Shown here in pieces: positions 47,161-49,389 of a stretch of 49,389 nucleotides of DNA. Position 1 is the first letter of the stretch, and each line of letters starts with the position of its first letter. Below the pieces are notes generated by a model. That model made no database searches, was not told the DNA's origin, and saw only the letters and a list, made by a program, of their open reading frames with translations. The translations under genes were made by a program, and so were the position numbers. The DNA is taken from the IMG/VR virus record IMGVR_UViG_3300038674_000709, positions 1-49,389 of that record. One strand, written 5' to 3'. The DNA comes from a virus. Lineage: Duplodnaviria > Caudoviricetes.

Positions 47161-47259
47161 CGTAACATTATTTACGTTTTCCAAGATAATACGGCAACTT
47201 TTCCGTAAATCAACCATTGTTATAAAAAAATTTTACCGAGCGGCGTAACTCTTTTTACG
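47161..47259. promoter_or_regulatory. Immunity region with two operators
   Basis: CGTAA-N6-TTACG at 47161-47176 and 47244-47259 between divergent regulators. Confidence 0.75.
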
Positions 47260-47286
47260 TGGCGTGTTTACGGGAGAAAAGATTTT

Positions 47287-47847
47287 ATGAAATACCAGTT
47301 TGACCCACAAAAATTTGCCGTGCAGTTGGCCAAGTCCGGTTTAACCAACCTTGAGTTCGCAGAAAAAACCGGCGTTCACCGCACCAAAGTCAGCCAGTAC
47401 AAAAAGGGGCAAAAGGAGTGTAAGAATCCAAAACTGGATAGAATGAGACAGTTTGCGAAAGTTTTGGGATGCCGTTTGGAGGATATTGTAGTTGTAGATA
47501 AGCCGGAAACCGAAGAATCCGCTCCTGCTGTGATGACCCCGCTTGAAGCACTGGAGAATATCTCAATCGTTATCGAGTACACCGCGCACGGTGTACGGTC
47601 ACTGCAAGTGGATAATGAACTGCGATGGACCAGTTCCGATAATGTGCTGGTTAATGCCGCTTCAACCGCGAAGGCTTCTTTTCAGTTGCCAAGGGCACTG
47701 GCCGAGTATGTTGTGGCTGCGATGTCGGCCGGGTTAGATATAACAGGTCAAGATCGGCTTGCCGCGCAAGCAATTGTCGCCTCTGCTGGAGCGATGCAAG
47801 CAAGGCGTCGCAGAACGAAACATCATCCTGGCGAAGAAGTGATATGA
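47287..47847 (+). CDS. XRE-family HTH repressor (CI-like)
   Basis: 'GLTNLEFAEKTGVHRTKVSQY...P..D....FAKVLGC'. Confidence 0.8.
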   Translation: MKYQFDPQKFAVQLAKSGLTNLEFAEKTGVHRTKVSQYKKGQKECKNPKLDRMRQFAKVLGCRLEDIVVVDKPETEESAPAVMTPLEALENISIVIEYTAHGVRSLQVDNELRWTSSDNVLVNAASTAKASFQLPRALAEYVVAAMSAGLDITGQDRLAAQAIVASAGAMQARRRRTKHHPGEEVI

Positions 47848-48014
47848 TCTCTGCAATTACTTTTTCTTTGTCGAACTGAAACGACATACAGGCCCCATTC
47901 CCAAGTTGTCAGTCACTCGCCGTTTAGCGACGCCACCCTGTGAAAATTTACCTATTTTAACGGTATTTTTCAAGTAAATTTCCCTCTGGACAATGAGGAT
48001 TTGACGATTTTTGT

Positions 48015-49229
48015 TTATCCGTACTTCTTAGCGAACTCTGCTGCTTTTTCCTGACGCAATCTCGCGTAAATCTTACTTGTGTCAATATCTTTGTGGCCCA
48101 ACGCAGCAGCAGCGGCTTCAAGACCTCCTATTTCTCTTGCTTGGTCACCTAATGCGTGTCGCAGTTGATATGGAAACCACCTGTTTAATTCCGGGTTTGC
48201 TTTTTCTGCTTTATCAAGCATCCGGTCTATTGCCTTACGATATGAGTCTGTATTGTAACAGGGCCCTAACTTTCGTGGTTTTGGCTCGCGATTCTTCTGC
48301 TTACCATACAATGGCGTTTTCCGCTGCTCACGCAATTTGCTTAATCGCTGACGCTCTGATTCTTCTGGTTTAAATAGGTATTCATCTTGATTACGAAGCA
48401 GGTATCTGGCAAGTATCGCTTGGGCTTGTGGCCCCAAAAAAATTTCACGTTTATACTTTTTGCCTCGCCACTTATTTTTATGTCGCTCTGGTCTGTAGCA
48501 CCAAGGGTCCACTTGCCGGTCAATCATTCGCGGTTTCATCTGGCATAACTCATCTGGTCTCATACCCGTCAGCAGGTGTACATGTACCATATCGGCAAGC
48601 ACCTGTGTTGCATAAGGCATTATGGCATCAACCGAATCTAATTCCGCAGGTTGAACTTCTGGATGGACAATAACATCCTTACAAAAGCCTTCCTTTAAAC
48701 CATCCACGGACAGCAAACCATAGAACACGGTAGAACTCACGAGTGTTCTCTTTGAGGCCCACTTGAACATGCGTTTGATAATGCTGATGCGTCGATTGAT
48801 CTCATTGAGGCAAAGTCTTTTGCTGTGTCGCATTGCATCCTGCACCTCAATCAATTCGAGCGGTGTCATATCCTCAAGCTCTAATGCGCCATGCAGATCG
48901 ATCAAGGGACGCAGGGACAGATCAATTTTGCTCTGTTCCTTTTCACAATAATATCCCTCTGACCATTCTTTGTAGATACCACAGAGATCATTGACTGTCC
49001 GGCACATGGCACGCTTCTGCACCTGTGCTTTTTTCGGATCATCTTTGACTCGATATTGCTTGAGAATCAGCCTTGCACACTCTTCAGCAACAGCGCGGTC
49101 CTTTGTCGCCTTTTTTTGTCCTTTTGGGATCATTGCAAGGCAGACCGGCTCTTGTCCACCAGGCAGCCTGACTCTCCAATACCAACGTTCATTTCGGGGG
49201 TAAAATGACCCTGGCAGTTTACTTTTCAT
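48015..49229 (-). CDS. int: Tyrosine integrase
   Basis: GMRPDEL (R), HKNK (K), YQLRH, LGH, IYA (Y); adjacent to the tRNA. Confidence 0.92.
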   Translation of the reverse strand: MKSKLPGSFYPRNERWYWRVRLPGGQEPVCLAMIPKGQKKATKDRAVAEECARLILKQYRVKDDPKKAQVQKRAMCRTVNDLCGIYKEWSEGYYCEKEQSKIDLSLRPLIDLHGALELEDMTPLELIEVQDAMRHSKRLCLNEINRRISIIKRMFKWASKRTLVSSTVFYGLLSVDGLKEGFCKDVIVHPEVQPAELDSVDAIMPYATQVLADMVHVHLLTGMRPDELCQMKPRMIDRQVDPWCYRPERHKNKWRGKKYKREIFLGPQAQAILARYLLRNQDEYLFKPEESERQRLSKLREQRKTPLYGKQKNREPKPRKLGPCYNTDSYRKAIDRMLDKAEKANPELNRWFPYQLRHALGDQAREIGGLEAAAAALGHKDIDTSKIYARLRQEKAAEFAKKYG

Positions 49230-49238
49230 GCGGTTCTC

Positions 49239-49274
49239 CTATCTACAGTTGATCTACACTACTATCTACAGTTG
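49239..49274. repeat. Putative integrase arm-type sites
   Basis: CTATCTACAGTTG at 49239 and 49262, plus ATCTACACT at 49252. Confidence 0.6.
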
Positions 49275-49307
49275 CGATTCCGCCCCGAAAAAACCTCGTT
49301 TTTTGAC

Positions 49308-49381
49308 TACGCCCGGCAGGATTCGAACCTGCGGCCTTCGGTTTAGGAAACCGACGCTCTATCCTACTGAGCTACGAGCGC
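49308..49381 (-). tRNA. tRNA-Arg(CCT), no encoded CCA; prophage attachment site
   Basis: GCGCTCG acceptor, AGCTCAGTAGGATAGAGC D-arm, TCGGT-TTCCTAA-ACCGA anticodon arm, GGTTCGAATCC T-arm. Confidence 0.97.
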
Positions 49382-49389
49382 AAAATACT

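Larger units (their letters stand above)
1..49307. mobile_element. Prophage (podovirus-like, temperate) integrated at tRNA-Arg 3' end; left boundary outside the window
   Basis: Integrase next to the tRNA, HTH repressor switch, replication module, terminase-portal-scaffold-capsid-tail-ejection gene order, no tape measure or sheath gene seen. Confidence 0.92.

Overview
The window is the right-hand ~49 kb of a podovirus-type prophage inserted at the 3' end of a tRNA-Arg(CCT) gene (49308-49381, minus strand). The host is probably a Planctomycete (Phycisphaerae/Sedimentisphaerales-like), inferred from the PEP-CTERM and 'DPN'-rich cargo proteins. From right to left on the minus strand come: tyrosine integrase; repressor/Cro switch; replication, recombination and DNA-modification module; small membrane/lipoprotein (lysis-like) genes; a low-GC cargo island (VWA/beta-helix protein plus three PEP-CTERM proteins). 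A plus-strand early operon (25.8-30.2 kb) follows, then terminase, portal, capsid, tail and ejection genes, and a >2,650-aa polyvalent protein (MTase + Strawberry-notch helicase + zincin) that runs off the left edge and is missing from the ORF track. The most striking content is non-coding: (i) a predicted ~50-nt antisense sRNA whose 5' seed GUGAUAACCC complements a GGGTTATCA motif at the ribosome-binding sites of five early genes; (ii) two type II hammerhead ribozymes between those genes; (iii) two tandem covarying C4-like RNAs upstream of the cargo; (iv) twin anti-SD hairpin RNAs; (v) five perfect CGTAA-N6-TTACG operators; (vi) an attenuator ahead of the portal gene. There are also two overprinted genes and five apparent inactivating lesions confined to early/replication genes. 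All calls come from reading the sequence; no searches were run.
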